A stretch of 63,097 nucleotides of DNA, the filler included, from Octopus bimaculoides (lineage: Eukaryota): the NCBI RefSeq assembly GCF_001194135.2. It is 8 parts of 7 records of this genome, joined end to end, with 100 filler letters (N's around TTAATTAATTAA, not from the genome) between each part and the next. Parts side by side here need not be neighbours in the genome. Positions count along the whole stretch, not along the records: positions 11,195 to 26,649 come from NC_069005.1; 7 more parts are not named here. One strand, 5' to 3'. Below are positions 11,195 through 25,336 of the stretch, one piece after another. The notes under the pieces were generated by a model, which worked only from the letters and a program-made list of their open reading frames with translations, was not told the DNA's origin and ran no database searches. Position numbers and translations under genes: made by a program. Each line of letters opens with the position of its first letter. Positions within the stretch are counted from its first letter, which is position 1.

Positions 11195-14100
11195 ACGAAC
11201 GAACGAACGAACTAACGAAAGAATGAACCAACGAATGAACAAACGAACGTACGTACGAACGAATGTGCGAAAAGAAATCAAGGAACGAGCGAACGTGTGT
11301 ACGAACGTACAAACGAACAATCGTACGTACGTATGTACGTACGGACGTACATACGTACGATCCAACGAACGAACGAACGATCTAACGAAATAACTAACGA
11401 AGGTACGTACGTACGAACGACCGAACGAACGTACGTACGTACAACGTGCGTACGTTCGTACGTACCTGCGTACCAACGTGTGTACGTACGTACATGCGTA
11501 CGTACGAACTAAAAACGACCGTACGTACGTAGATAAGTCCGTACGAACGAACGAACGATCGTACGTAAGTACGTACGCACGAATGAACAAACGAAAGAAT
11601 GAAGCAACGAATGAACAAACGAACATACGTACGTACGGACGAATGTGCGTACGTACCAACGAATGAACGAACGAATGTACGTACGTACGAACGAACGAAA
11701 GTACGTATGTACTATTTACGAATGAACGATAGTACGTACGAACGAACGAACGAAGAAAAGAAATGAAGGAACGAGCGAACGTATGTACGAAGTACAAACG
11801 AACAATCGTACGTACGTATGTATGTACGGACGTACAAATGAACGATCGAACGAACAAACGTACGTACGAACGAACGAACGAACGATCTAACTACAGAACG
11901 AAAGAACGAACGTACGTACGTAGATAAGTACGTACGAACGAACGTACGCAGGAATGAACAAACGAACGTACGTACGTACGTACTAACGTACGAAAGATTG
12001 AACGCACGAAATTACGTATGTACGTAAGAACGAAGGAAAGTACGTATGTACGTACGAACGAACGAACGGACTAACGAAAGAATGAACCAACGAATGAAGA
12101 AACGAACGTACGTACTTACGTTCGAATGTGCGTACGTACGAACGAAAGTACGTACTTACGTACGAATAAACAAACGAACGAAATGACGAACGTACGTTCG
12201 TACGAACGAGCGAATGAATGTATGTACGAATGAAAGATAGTATGTACGAACGAACGAACGAAGAAAAGAAATAAAGGAAAGAGCTAACGTATGTACGAAC
12301 GTACGAACGAACGAAAGAACGTACGTACGTAATTACGTATGTACGAACGAACGAACGCAGGAACGTACGTAAGTTCGTACCTACCTACTAACGAACGAAC
12401 GAACGTATGTCCGTACGAATGAACGTAAGAACGAACGAACTAACGTACGTACGTATGATCGAAGGATCGAACGAAATTAAGGATTGTACGATCGAACGAA
12501 AGAACAAACGTACGTATGTAGGTACGTACATACGTACAAATGAATGAACGAACGAACGTACATACGTAAGAACGATCGAACGAACGTATATATATAAATA
12601 AATGTATATATTATATATATATATANNNNNNNNNNNNNNNNNNNNNNNNNNNNNNNNNNNNNNNNNNNNNNNNNNNNNNNNNNNNNNNNNNNNNNNNNNN
12701 NNNNNNNNNNNNNNNNNNNNNNNNNNNNNNNNNNNNNNNNNNNNNNNNNNNNNNNNNNNNNNNNNNNNNNNNNNNNNNNNNNNNNNNNNNNNNNNNNNNN
12801 NNNNNNNNNNNNNNNNNNNNNNNNNNNNNNNNNNNNNNNNNNNNNNNNNNNNNNNNNNNNNNNNNNNNNNNNNNNNNNNNNNNNNNNNNNNNNNNNNNNN
12901 NNNNNNNNNNNNNNNNNNNNNNNNNNNNNNNNNNNNNNNNNNNNNNNNNNNNNNNNNNNNNNNNNNNNNNNNNNNNNNNNNNNNNNNNNNNNNNNNNNNN
13001 NNNNNNNNNNNNNNNNNNNNNNNNNNNNNNNNNNNNNNNNNNNNNNNNNNNNNNNNNNNNNNNNNNNNNNNNNNNNNNNNNNNNNNNNNNNNNNNNNNNN
13101 NNNNNNNNNNNNNNNNNNNNNNNAATAATGTAACGTACGAACGAAGGAACAAAAGAAAGAATGAGCGAACGAAAGATTGAACGAACGAAAGTACGTATGT
13201 ACGTACGAACGAACGTACGTGCGTTCGATCGAACGAACGTACGTACGTGCGTACGATCGAACGAACGTACGTACGTGCGTACGATCGAACGAACGTACGT
13301 ACGTGCGTACGAACGAACGATCGCACGAAAGAATTAACGAACAAACGTACGTACATACGTACGTAACAACGAACGAACGAACGAACGAAAGAATGAACCA
13401 GCGAATGAGCAAACGAACGTACGTACGTACGGACGAACGGATGAACAAACGAAAGTACGTACGTACGTACGTTCGAACGAACGAACGAAAGATTGTGCGA
13501 ACGAAAGTACGAATGTACGTACGAACGAGCGAACGTACGTGCGTACGAACGAAATAAAGAACGAAAGAAAGAACAAGCGAACTAAAGAAACAACGAACGT
13601 ACATACGTACGTAAATACGTACGAACGAACGGACGAACAAACGAACGTACGTATGTACGAATGAAGGAACGAACGAACGACCGAACGAACGAATGAACGA
13701 ACGTACGTACGTACGAACGAACAATCGTATGTACGTACGGACGTACAAACGAACGTACGTACGAACGAACGAGCGAAAGAAGTAACGGAAGAACGAAAGA
13801 ACTAACGAAGGTACGTACGAACGAACGTACGTATGTACGTACGTAGGTACGCACGAACAATCGTACGTACGTATGTACGTACGGACGTACAAACGAACGT
13901 ACGTACGAACAAACGTACGTACGAACGAACGAAAGAACTAACGAAGGTACGTACGTACGAACGACCGACCGAACGAACGTACGTAGCTGCATACGTACGT
14001 AAATGCGTACGTACGAACTAACGAACGGACGTGCGTACGTAGATAAGTACGAACGAACGATCGTACGTAAGTACGTACGCACGAACGTACGTGCGTACGA

Positions 14101-17100
14101 ATGAAAGAAAGAATAGACGAACTAAAGAACGAAATAAAGAAAAAACGAACGTAAATACATACGAACGAACGAACTTACGTTCGAACGAACAGACGAACGA
14201 AAGAACGAATGAACGAACGAAAGAAAGAACGAACGAACGAAAAACTTAACGAACAAACGTACGAACGAACTGACGAACGAGCGAACGTACGTACGTACTT
14301 ATGTAAGAATGAACGAACGAACGAGCGAACGTACTTATGTACGAATGAACGAACGAACGAACGACCGATCGAAGGAAAGAACGAATGAACGAACGTACGG
14401 ATCATACGTACGTAGGTACTCACAAACAATCGTACGTACGTATGTATGTACGGATGTACCAACGAACGAACGTACGTACGTACGACGTGCTTTCGTACGT
14501 ACGTGCCTGCGTACGTACGTGTGTACGTACGTACATGCGTACGTACGAACTAACGAACGAGCGAACGTACGTACGAACAAACGGACGATCGTACGTACGT
14601 AGGTACCTAAGTACGCACGCACGAATGAACAAACGAACGTACATTCGTACGTACCTACGAACGAACGAACGGACGAACGAAAGAATGAACCAACGAATGA
14701 ACAAACGAACGTACGTACGTACGTAGGTTCGAATGTGCGTACGTACGAACGAAAGTACGCAATTACTTACGAATGAACAAACTAACGAAAGGACGAACGT
14801 ACGTTCGTACGAACGAACGAACGACCGAACGAACTTACGTACGGACGATCGAATGAGCGAACGGAAACATATTCATACGTCCGTACGTACGAAAGAACGA
14901 ACGAGCGAATGAATGTATGTACGAATGAAAGATAGTACGAACGAACGAACGAAGAAAAGAAATGAAGGAAAGAGCTAACGTATGTACGAAAGAACGTACG
15001 TACGTAATTACGTATGTACGAACGAACGCAGGAACGTACGTACGTTCGTACCTACCTACTAACGAACGAACGAACGTACGTCCGTACAAATGAACGTAAG
15101 AACGAACGAAGTAACGTACGTATGATCGAAGGATCGAACGAAATTAAGGATTGTACGATCGAACGAAAGAACAAACGTACGTATGTAGGTACGTACATAC
15201 GTAAAAATGAACGAACGAACGAACGTACATACGTAAGAACGATCGAACTAACGTATATATATATAAATAAATGTATATATTTATATATATATATATATAT
15301 ATNNNNNNNNNNNNNNNNNNNNNNNNNNNNNNNNNNNNNNNNNNNNNNNNNNNNNNNNNNNNNNNNNNNNNNNNNNNNNNNNNNNNNNNNNNNNNNNNNN
15401 NNNNNNNNNNNNNNNNNNNNNNNNNNNNNNNNNNNNNNNNNNNNNNNNNNNNNNNNNNNNNNNNNNNNNNNNNNNNNNNNNNNNNNNNNNNNNNNNNNNN
15501 NNNNNNNNNNNNNNNNNNNNNNNNNNNNNNNNNNNNNNNNNNNNNNNNNNNNNNNNNNNNNNNNNNNNNNNNNNNNNNNNNNNNNNNNNNNNNNNNNNNN
15601 NNNNNNNNNNNNNNNNNNNNNNNNNNNNNNNNNNNNNNNNNNNNNNNNNNNNNNNNNNNNNNNNNNNNNNNNNNNNNNNNNNNNNNNNNNNNNNNNNNNN
15701 NNNNNNNNNNNNNNNNNNNNNNNNNNNNNNNNNNNNNNNNNNNNNNNNNNNNNNNNNNNNNNNNNNNNNNNNNNNNNNNNNNNNNNNNNNNNNNNNNNNN
15801 NNNNNNNNNNNNNNNNNNNNNNNNNNNNNNNNNNNNNNNNNNNNNNNNNNNNNNNNNNNNNNNNNNNNNNNNNNNNNNNNNNNNNNNNNNNNNNNNNNNN
15901 NNNNNNNNNNNNNNNNNCGTACGTACGTACGAACGAATGAACGAAAGAATTAAAGAACGAAAGAAGGAACGAACGATAGAACAAACGATTTAACGAACAA
16001 ATGTAGGTACATACGTACAAACGAACGAACAGACGTACGTACGAAGGAACGAACGAACGAACGTACGTAGGAACGAACGAACGATTGAACGAACGAACGA
16101 TTGAACGAACGCACGAACGAAATAATGTAACGTACGAACGAATGAACGAACGAAATTTGAACGAACGAAAGTACGTATGTACGTACGAACGAACGAACGT
16201 ACGTGCGTACGATCGAACGTACGTATGTGCGTACGATCGAACGAACGTACGTGCGTACGAACGAAAGAAAGAACAAACGAACTAAACAACGAAATAAAGA
16301 AAAAACTAACGTACATACGTACGGAAATACGTAAGAAGGAACGAGCGAACTTACGTTCGAACGAACAGACGAACGAACGAACGAACGAACGATCGCACGA
16401 AAGAATTAACGAACAAACGTACGTACGAACGATCGGACGAACGAACGTACGTAAGTACGTACGCACGAATGAACAAACGAACGTAACTACGAACGAACGA
16501 ACGAACGAACGAAAGAATGAACCAACGAATGAGCAAACGAACGTACGTACGTACGGACGAATGTGCGTACGTACGAACGAATGAACGAACGAAAGAAGTA
16601 ACGAAGGTACGTACGTACGAACGAACGAACGTACGTAGCTGCAATACGTACGTGTGTACGTACGTGCATGCGTACGTACGAACTAATGAACGAACGTGCG
16701 TACGTAGATAAGTACGAACGAACGATCGTACGTAAGTACGTACGCACGAATGAACAAACGAACGTACATACGTACGTACCTATGAACGAACGAACGAACG
16801 AACTAACGAAAGAATGAACCAACGAATGAACGAACGAAAGTACGTACTTACGTACGAATGAACGAACGAACGAACGACCGAACGAACAACAAACGAACTT
16901 ACGTACGGTAAAACGAATGAGCGAGCGGAGACATATTCATACATCCGTACGTACGAAAGAAAGAACGAGCGAATGAACGTATGTACGAATGAACGATAGT
17001 ACGTACGAACGAACGAACGAAGAAAAGAAATGAAGGAACGAGTGAACGTATATACGAACGTACGAACGAAAGAAAGAAGGCAGGAACGTACGTACTTTCA

Positions 17101-19503
17101 TACCTACGTACTAACGAACGAACGAATGTACGTCTGTACGAATAAACGTAAGAACGAACGAAGTAACGTACGTACGTATGCACGAAGGATCGAACGAAAT
17201 TAAGGATTGTAAGAACGAACGAAAGAACAAACGTACGTATGTAGGTACGTACGAATGAACGAACGAACGTACATACGTACGTAAGAACGATCGAACGAAC
17301 GTATATATATAAATAAATATATATATTCATATATATATATACACATATATTTATTTATATATATATAAATATATATATATTTATAAGAACGATCGAACGA
17401 ACGTATTTCTATAAATAAATATATATATAAATAAATATATATNNNNNNNNNNNNNNNNNNNNNNNNNNNNNNNNNNNNNNNNNNNNNNNNNNNNNNNNNN
17501 NNNNNNNNNNNNNNNNNNNNNNNNNNNNNNNNNNNNNNNNNNNNNNNNNNNNNNNNNNNNNNNNNNNNNNNNNNNNNNNNNNNNNNNNNNNNNNNNNNNN
17601 NNNNNNNNNNNNNNNNNNNNNNNNNNNNNNNNNNNNNNNNNNNNNNNNNNNNNNNNNNNNNNNNNNNNNNNNNNNNNNNNNNNNNNNNNNNNNNNNNNNN
17701 NNNNNNNNNNNNNNNNNNNNNNNNNNNNNNNNNNNNNNNNNNNNNNNNNNNNNNNNNNNNNNNNNNNNNNNNNNNNNNNNNNNNNNNNNNNNNNNNNNNN
17801 NNNNNNNNNNNNNNNNNNNNNNNNNNNNNNNTATTTATATATATATAGATATTCATTTATATATATATGTATATATATGTATATATATGTATATTTATTT
17901 ATATATATATATATATTTATTCTTTCGTTCGTACGTCCAGTCTATCGTTCGTTCGTACGTACGTACTTTCGTTCGTTCTTTTGTTCCTTCGAACGAACGA
18001 TCGAACGAACGAACGTACGTACGTACGAATCAACGAAAGAACGAATGAAAGAACGTACGTACGAACGAATGAACGAAAGAAGGAACGAACGATAGAACAA
18101 ACGATTTAACGAACAAACGTAGGTACATACGTACGAACGAACGAACGTAATTACGTTCGTACGTACGAACGAAGGAACGAACGAACGAACGTACGTACGT
18201 GCGTAGGTACGAACGAACGATTAAACGAACGCACAAACGAACAAACGAAATAATGTAACGTACGATCGAAGGGACAAAAGAACGTATGAACGAACGAAAG
18301 TACGTACGTACGTACGTACGAACAAACGAAAGATTGAACGAACGAAAGTACTATGTACGTACGAACGAACGAAAGTACGTATGTACGTACGAACGAACGA
18401 AAGTACGTATGTACGAACGAACGAACGAACGTACGTGCGTACGAACGAAAGAAAGAACAAACGAACTAAACAACGAAATAAAGAAAAAAACTTACGTTCG
18501 AACGAACGGTGGAACGAACGAACGATCGAACGAAAGAATTAACGAACAAACGTACGTACGAACGAACGGACGAACGAACGAACTACGTACGTATGTACGA
18601 ATGAACGAACGACCGAACGATCGAAGGAACGAACGAAAGAACGAACATACGTACGTACGCACGAGCAATCGTACGTACGTATGTACGTACAAACGAACGA
18701 TCGAACGAACGGACGAAACAACGAACGAACGTACGTATATACGTACGTTCGTTCGTTCGTTCGTTCGTTCGGTCGTTCGTACGTACTTACGTACCTTCGT
18801 TAGTTATTTCGTTAGATCGTTCGTTCGTTCGTTGGATCGTACGTCTGTACGTCCGTACGTACATACGTACGTACGATTGTTCGTTTGTACGTTCGTACAT
18901 ACGTTCGCTCGTTCCTTGATTTCTTTTCGCACATTCGTTCGTACGTACGTACGTTCGTTTGTTCATTCGTTGGTTCATTCTTTCGTTAGTTCGTTCGTAG
19001 TTACGTACGTACGTATGTACGTTCGTTTGTTCATTCGTGCGTGCGTACTTAGGTACCTGCTTACGTACGATCGTTCGTTTGTTCGTACGTACACATGTAC
19101 GCTCGTACAGATGCGGCCGCCTCGGCGGTGGACGGACGAGAAGAAGCTGGCCGAGCGAGTCGTGGCAGCGAGAAGGAAGCCACCGAGCGACTAGGATCGA
19201 TTGTGAGCGAGCAAAGAGAATGAGAACGCCGGCGCGATGTACGTTGGTACGCAGGTACATACGTACGCACGTCGTACGTACGCACGTTCGTTCGGTCGTT
19301 CGTACATACGTACGTATGTACATACCTTCGTTAGTTCTTTCGTTAGATCGTTCGTTCATTCGATCGTTCGTTTGTACATCCGTATATATATATGTATATG
19401 AATAAATAAATATATACATAAATAAATAAACAAATATATATATATATAAACAAATAAAAACAAAAGAATAAATATACATATAAATAGATGTATATATAAA
19501 TAA

Positions 19504-19552
<49 letters not shown>

Positions 19553-22500
19553 TATCTATCTATTATATATATAAATATATATATATATACAAATAAATAT
19601 ATATATATATATATACAAATAAATATATATATATATTTATATATATATACGTTCGTTCGATCGTTCTTACGTACGTAAGTTCGATCGACCGTTCATTCGT
19701 ACGTATGTACTTACCTACATACGTACGTTTGTTCTTTCGTTCGTTCGTACAATCCTTAATTTCGTTCGATCATTCGTTCATACGTACGTACGTTAGTTCG
19801 TTCGTTCTTACGTTCATTCGTACGGACGTACGTTCATTCGTTCGTTAGTTCGTAGGTACGAACGTACGTACGTTCCTGCGTTCGTTCGTTCTTTCGTACA
19901 TACGTAATTACGTACGTACGTTCTTTCGTTCGTTCGTACATACGTAATAACGTACGTACGTTCTTTCGTTCGTTCGTTCGTACGTTCTATTGTTCATTCG
20001 TACATACGTTCATTCGCTCGTTCATTCTTTCGTACGTATGGACGTATGAATATGTTTCCGTTCGCTCATTCGTTCGTCCGTACGTAAGTTCGATCGTTGT
20101 TCGTTCGGTCGTTCGTTCGTTCGTCCTTTCGTTCATTCGTACGTAAGTACGTACTTTCGTTCGTTCATTCGTTCATACGTACTTAGGTACCTACTTACGT
20201 ACGATCGTTCGATCGTTCGTACGTTCTTATCTACGTACCTTCGTTAGTTTTTTCGTTCTTTCGTTAGTTCGTTCGTTCGTTCGTACGTACGCACGATTGT
20301 TCGTGCGTACCTATGTTCGTGCGTACGTACGTATGTTCGTTCTTTCGTTCGTTCCTTCGTTCCTTCGTCAGTTCGTTCGTACGTACGTTTGTTCGTTAAT
20401 TCTTAAGTTCGTTCATTCGTTCGTTCTTTCGTTCGTATGTTCGTTCGTTCGTACAATCCTTAATTTCGTTCGATACTGCGTTCATACGTACGTACGTTAG
20501 TTCGTTAGTTCTTACGTTCATTCGTACGGACGTACGTTCGTTCGTTCGTTAGTACGTAGGTACGAACGTACGTACGTTCCTGCGTTCGTTCGTTCGTTCG
20601 TACATACGTAATTACGTACGTACGTTCTTTCGTTCGTTCGTACATACGTAATAACGTACGTACGTTCTTTCGTTCGTTCGTACGTACGCACGATTGCTCG
20701 TGCGTACCTATGTTCGTGCGTACGTACGTATGTTCGTTCTTTCGTTCGATCCTTCGGTCGTTCGTTCGTTCGTTCGTTCATTCGTACATACGTACGTACG
20801 TTCGTTCGTTCGTCAGTTCGTTTGTACGTACGTTTGTTCGTTAATTCTTAAGTTCGTTCATTCGTTCCTTCTTTCGTTCGTATGTTCGTTCGTTCGTACG
20901 TATTTAGGTACGTATGTATGTTCGTTTTCTCTTTATCTCGTTCTTTAGTTCGTTTGGTATTTCTTTCGTTCGTACGCACGTACGTTTGTTCGTTCGTTCA
21001 TACGTACATACGTACTTTCCTTCGTTTAATCTTTCGTTCGTTCGTACATACGTACTTACGTATTTTCATTTGTTCATTCGTTCGTACGTACGCACATTCT
21101 TTCGTACGTACTTACGTTCGTTTGTTCATTCGTTGGTTCATTCTTTCGTTAGTTCGTTCGTAGTTACGTACGTATGTACGTTCGTTTGTTCATTCGTGCG
21201 TACGTACTTAGGTACGTACTTACGTACGTTCGTTCGTACGTACTTATCTACTTACGTACGTTCGTTCGTTAGTTCGTACATACGCATGTACGTACGTACA
21301 CACGTTGGTATGCAGGTACGTACGTACGTTCGTTCGGTCGTTCGTACGTACGTACCTTCATTAGTTCTTTCGTTAGATCGTTCGTTCGTACGTACGTTTC
21401 TTCGTTTGATCGTTCGTTTGTACGTCCGTACGTACATACGTACGTACGATTGTTCGTGCGTACGTACGTACGTTCGATCTTTCGTTCGTTCGTCCGTTCG
21501 TTCGTTCGTACGTACGTATGTTCGTTTGTTCATTCGTGCGTACGTACTTACGTACGATCGTTCGTTCGTTCGTACGTACTTATCTACGTACGTACAGTCG
21601 TTTTTAGTTCGTACGTACGCATGTACGTACTTACACACGTTGGTACGCAGGTACGTACGTACGTACGCACGTTCGTTCGGTCGTTCGTACGTACGTACCT
21701 TCGTTAGTTATTTCGTTAGATTACCAAACGAACATACGTACGTACGGATGAATGTGCGTACGTACCAACGAATGAACGAACGAATGTACGTACGTACGAA
21801 CGAACGGAAGATTGAACGAACGAAAGTATGTATGTACGTATTTACGAATGAACGATAGTACGTACGAACGAACGAACGAAGAAAATAAATGAAGGAACGA
21901 GCGAACGTATGTACGGACGTACAAACGAACGATCGAACGAACAAACGTACGTACGAACGAACGAACGATCTAACGAAAGAACGAAAGAACGATCGAACGT
22001 ACGTACGTACGTACCTGCGTACAAACGTGTGTACGTACGTATATGCGTACGTACGAACTAACGAACGTACGTACGCAGATAAGTACGTACGAACGAACGT
22101 ACGTAAGTACGTACGCACGAATGAACAAACGAACGTACATACGTACGTAACTACGAACGAACGAACGAAATANNNNNNNNNNGAACGTACATACGTACGT
22201 AACTACGAACGAACGAACGAAATAACGAAAGAATGAACCAACGAATGAACAAACGAACGTACGTACGAACGAATGTGCGTACGTACGAACGAATGTGCGT
22301 ACGTACGAACGAATGAACAAACGAGAGTACGTACGTACGTACGAACGAACGAAAGATTGAACCCACGAAAGTACGTATGTACGTAAGAACGAAGGAAAGT
22401 ACGTATGTATTTACGAACGAACGAACGTACGTGCGTATGAACGAAAGAAAGAACAAAGGAACTAAAGAACGAAATAAAGAAAAAACGAACGTAAATACAT

Positions 22501-24981
22501 ACGAACGAACGAACTTACGTTCGAAAGAACGAACGAACGAAAGAAGGTACGAACGAAAGAATTAACGAACAAACGTACAAACGAACTGACGAACGAGCGA
22601 ACGTACGAACGATCGAAGGAAAGAACGAATGAACGAACGTACGTACCATACGTACGTAGGTACGCACGAACAATCGTACGTATGTATGTACGGACGTACA
22701 AACGAACGATCGAACGAACGAACGTACGTACGACGTGTGTTCGTACGTACGTGCCTGCGTACGTACGTACCTGCGTAAGTACGTGTGTACGTACGTACAT
22801 GCGTACGAACTAACGAACGAGCGTACGTACGTACGTAGATAAGTACGTACGAACAAACGGACGATCGTACGTAAGTAGGTACCTAAGTACGCACGCACGA
22901 ATGAACAAACGAACGTACATTCGTACTACCTACGAATGAACGAACTAACGAAAGAAATAACCAACGAATGAACAAACGAACGTACGTACGTACATTCGAA
23001 TGTGCGTACGTACGAACGAAGAAAAGAAATGAAGGAAAGAGCTAACGTATGAACGAACGAACGAAAGAACGTACGTACGTAATTACGTACATACGAATGA
23101 ATGAACGCAGGAACGTACGTACTAACGAATGAACGTAAGAACGAACGAACTAACGTACGTACGTATGAACGAAAGATCGAAAGAAATTAAGGATTGTACG
23201 AACGAACGAAAGAACAAACGGACGTATGTAGGTACGTACATATGTACGAATGAACGAACGAACGAACGTACATACGTATATATATATATATACACATATT
23301 TATTTATATATATATATATTTATTTATATATATATTTATTTATTTTATATATATATATATTTATTCTTTCGTTTTTATTTATATNNNNNNNNNNNNNNNN
23401 NNNNNNNNNNNNNNNNNNNNNNNNNNNNNNNNNNNNNNNNNNNNNNNNNNNNNNNNNNNNNNNNNNNNNNNNNNNNNNNNNNNNNNNNNNNNNNNNNNNN
23501 NNNNNNNNNNNNNNNNNNNNNNNNNNNNNNNNNNNNNNNNNNNNNNNNNNNNNNNNNNNNNNNNNNNNNNNNNNNNNNNNNNNNNNNNNNNNNNNNNNNN
23601 NNNNNNNNNNNNNNNNNNNNNNNNNNNNNNNNNNNNNNNNNNNNNNNNNNNNNNNNNNNNNNNNNNNNNNNNNNNNNNNNNNNNAATGTAGGTACATACG
23701 TACGAACGAACGAACAGACGTACGTACGAAAGAACGAACGAACGAACGTACGTACGAACGATTGAACGAACGAAATAATGTAACGTAAGAACGAAGGAAC
23801 AAAAGAACGAATGAACGAACGAAAGATTGAACGAACGAAAGTACGTATGTACGTACGAACGAACGAACGAAAGTACGAATGTACGTACGAACGTACGTGC
23901 GTACGAACGAAATATAGAACAAACGAACTAAAGAAACAACGAACGTACATACGTACGTAAATACATACGAACGAACGAACGAACAAACGTACGTACGAAC
24001 GAACGGACGAACAAACGAACGTACGTACGTACGTATGTTTGAATGAAGTAACGAACGAACGAATGAACGAACGTAAGGACGTACGAACGAACGAAGTAAC
24101 GAAAGAACTAACGAAGGTACGTACATACGTACGTACGTACGAACGAACGAACGTATGTATGTACTTAGGTACGCACGAACAATCGTACGTACGGACGTAC
24201 AAACGAACGAACGTACGTACGAACAAACGTACGTACGAACGAACGAACTAACGAAGGTACGTACATACGTACGAACGACCGAACGAACGAACGTACGTAC
24301 CTGCATACGTACGTACATGCGTACGTACGAACTAACGATCGAACGTGCGTACGTAGATTAGTACGAACGAACGATCGTACGTACGCACGAATGAACAAAC
24401 GAACGTACATACGTACGTACCTACGAACGAACTAACGAAAGAATGAACCAACGAATGAACAAACGAACGTACGTACGTACATACGCACGAACGTGCGTAC
24501 GTACGAATGAATGAACGAACGAAAGTACGTACTTACGTAAGAATGAACGAACGAACGACCGAACGAACGAACTTACGTACGGACGAGCGAATGAGGGAAC
24601 GGAAACATTCATACGTCCATACGTATGAAAGATCGAACGAGCGAATGAACGTATGTACGAATGAACGATAGTACGTACGAACGAACTAACGAAGAAAAGA
24701 AATGAAGGAATGAGCGAACGTATGTACGAAAGAACGTACGTACATAATTACGTATGTACGAACGAACGAAAGAACGCAGAAACTTACGTACGTTCGTACC
24801 TACGTACTAACGAACGAACGAACGTACGTCCGTAGGAATGACCGTAAGAACGAACGAAGTAACGTACGTACGTATGAACGATATTAAGGATTGTACGAAC
24901 GAACGAAAGAACAAACGTACGTATGTGGATACGTACATACGTACGAATGAACGAACGAACGAACGTACGTACGTAAGAACG
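11195..24981. repeat. Large CpG-rich complex satellite built from ACGA/ACGT tetramers, with higher-order units and (AT)n spacers
   Basis: Continuous aacg/tacg-derived sequence, broken only by N gaps, AT tracts and one GC-rich patch. Landmarks such as gaaattaaggattgt recur at ~12473, 15140, 17196, 23183 and ~24880, and inverted at ~19750 and ~20455. Confidence 0.95.
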
Positions 24982-25336
24982 ANNNNNNNNNNNNNNNNNN
25001 NNNNNNNNNNNNNNNNNNNNNNNNNNNNNNNNNNNNNNNNNNNNNNNNNNNNNNNNNNNNNNNNNNNNNNNNNNNNNNNNNNTGCTGAAAATACAGGGGG
25101 ATCAGTTAATTATGATTTTATTCAACATATTCCTTTCTTAGATTCACAATCTCTAAACCCTATAATAAAACTCAGAAGGCTGGGACTCCAGCCAGGCCTT
25201 TTGTGATGCCCTTAAAGCGAGGAGCTTTTCAGCAACCCCTCCCCTCGTATATTAATTACTAACTTTGTTATGATAATTAATAAAATAACGATAATTAGTT
25301 GCACTGTCTCTCATGTCTAATGTGATTTCATTGTAG

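Noticed and set aside
11147-24612. Dozens of long ORFs rich in [12 protein letters not shown]
   Set aside because: These are translations of the ACGA/ACGT satellite, which seldom makes stop codons. They occur on both strands and in all frames, with no domain content.
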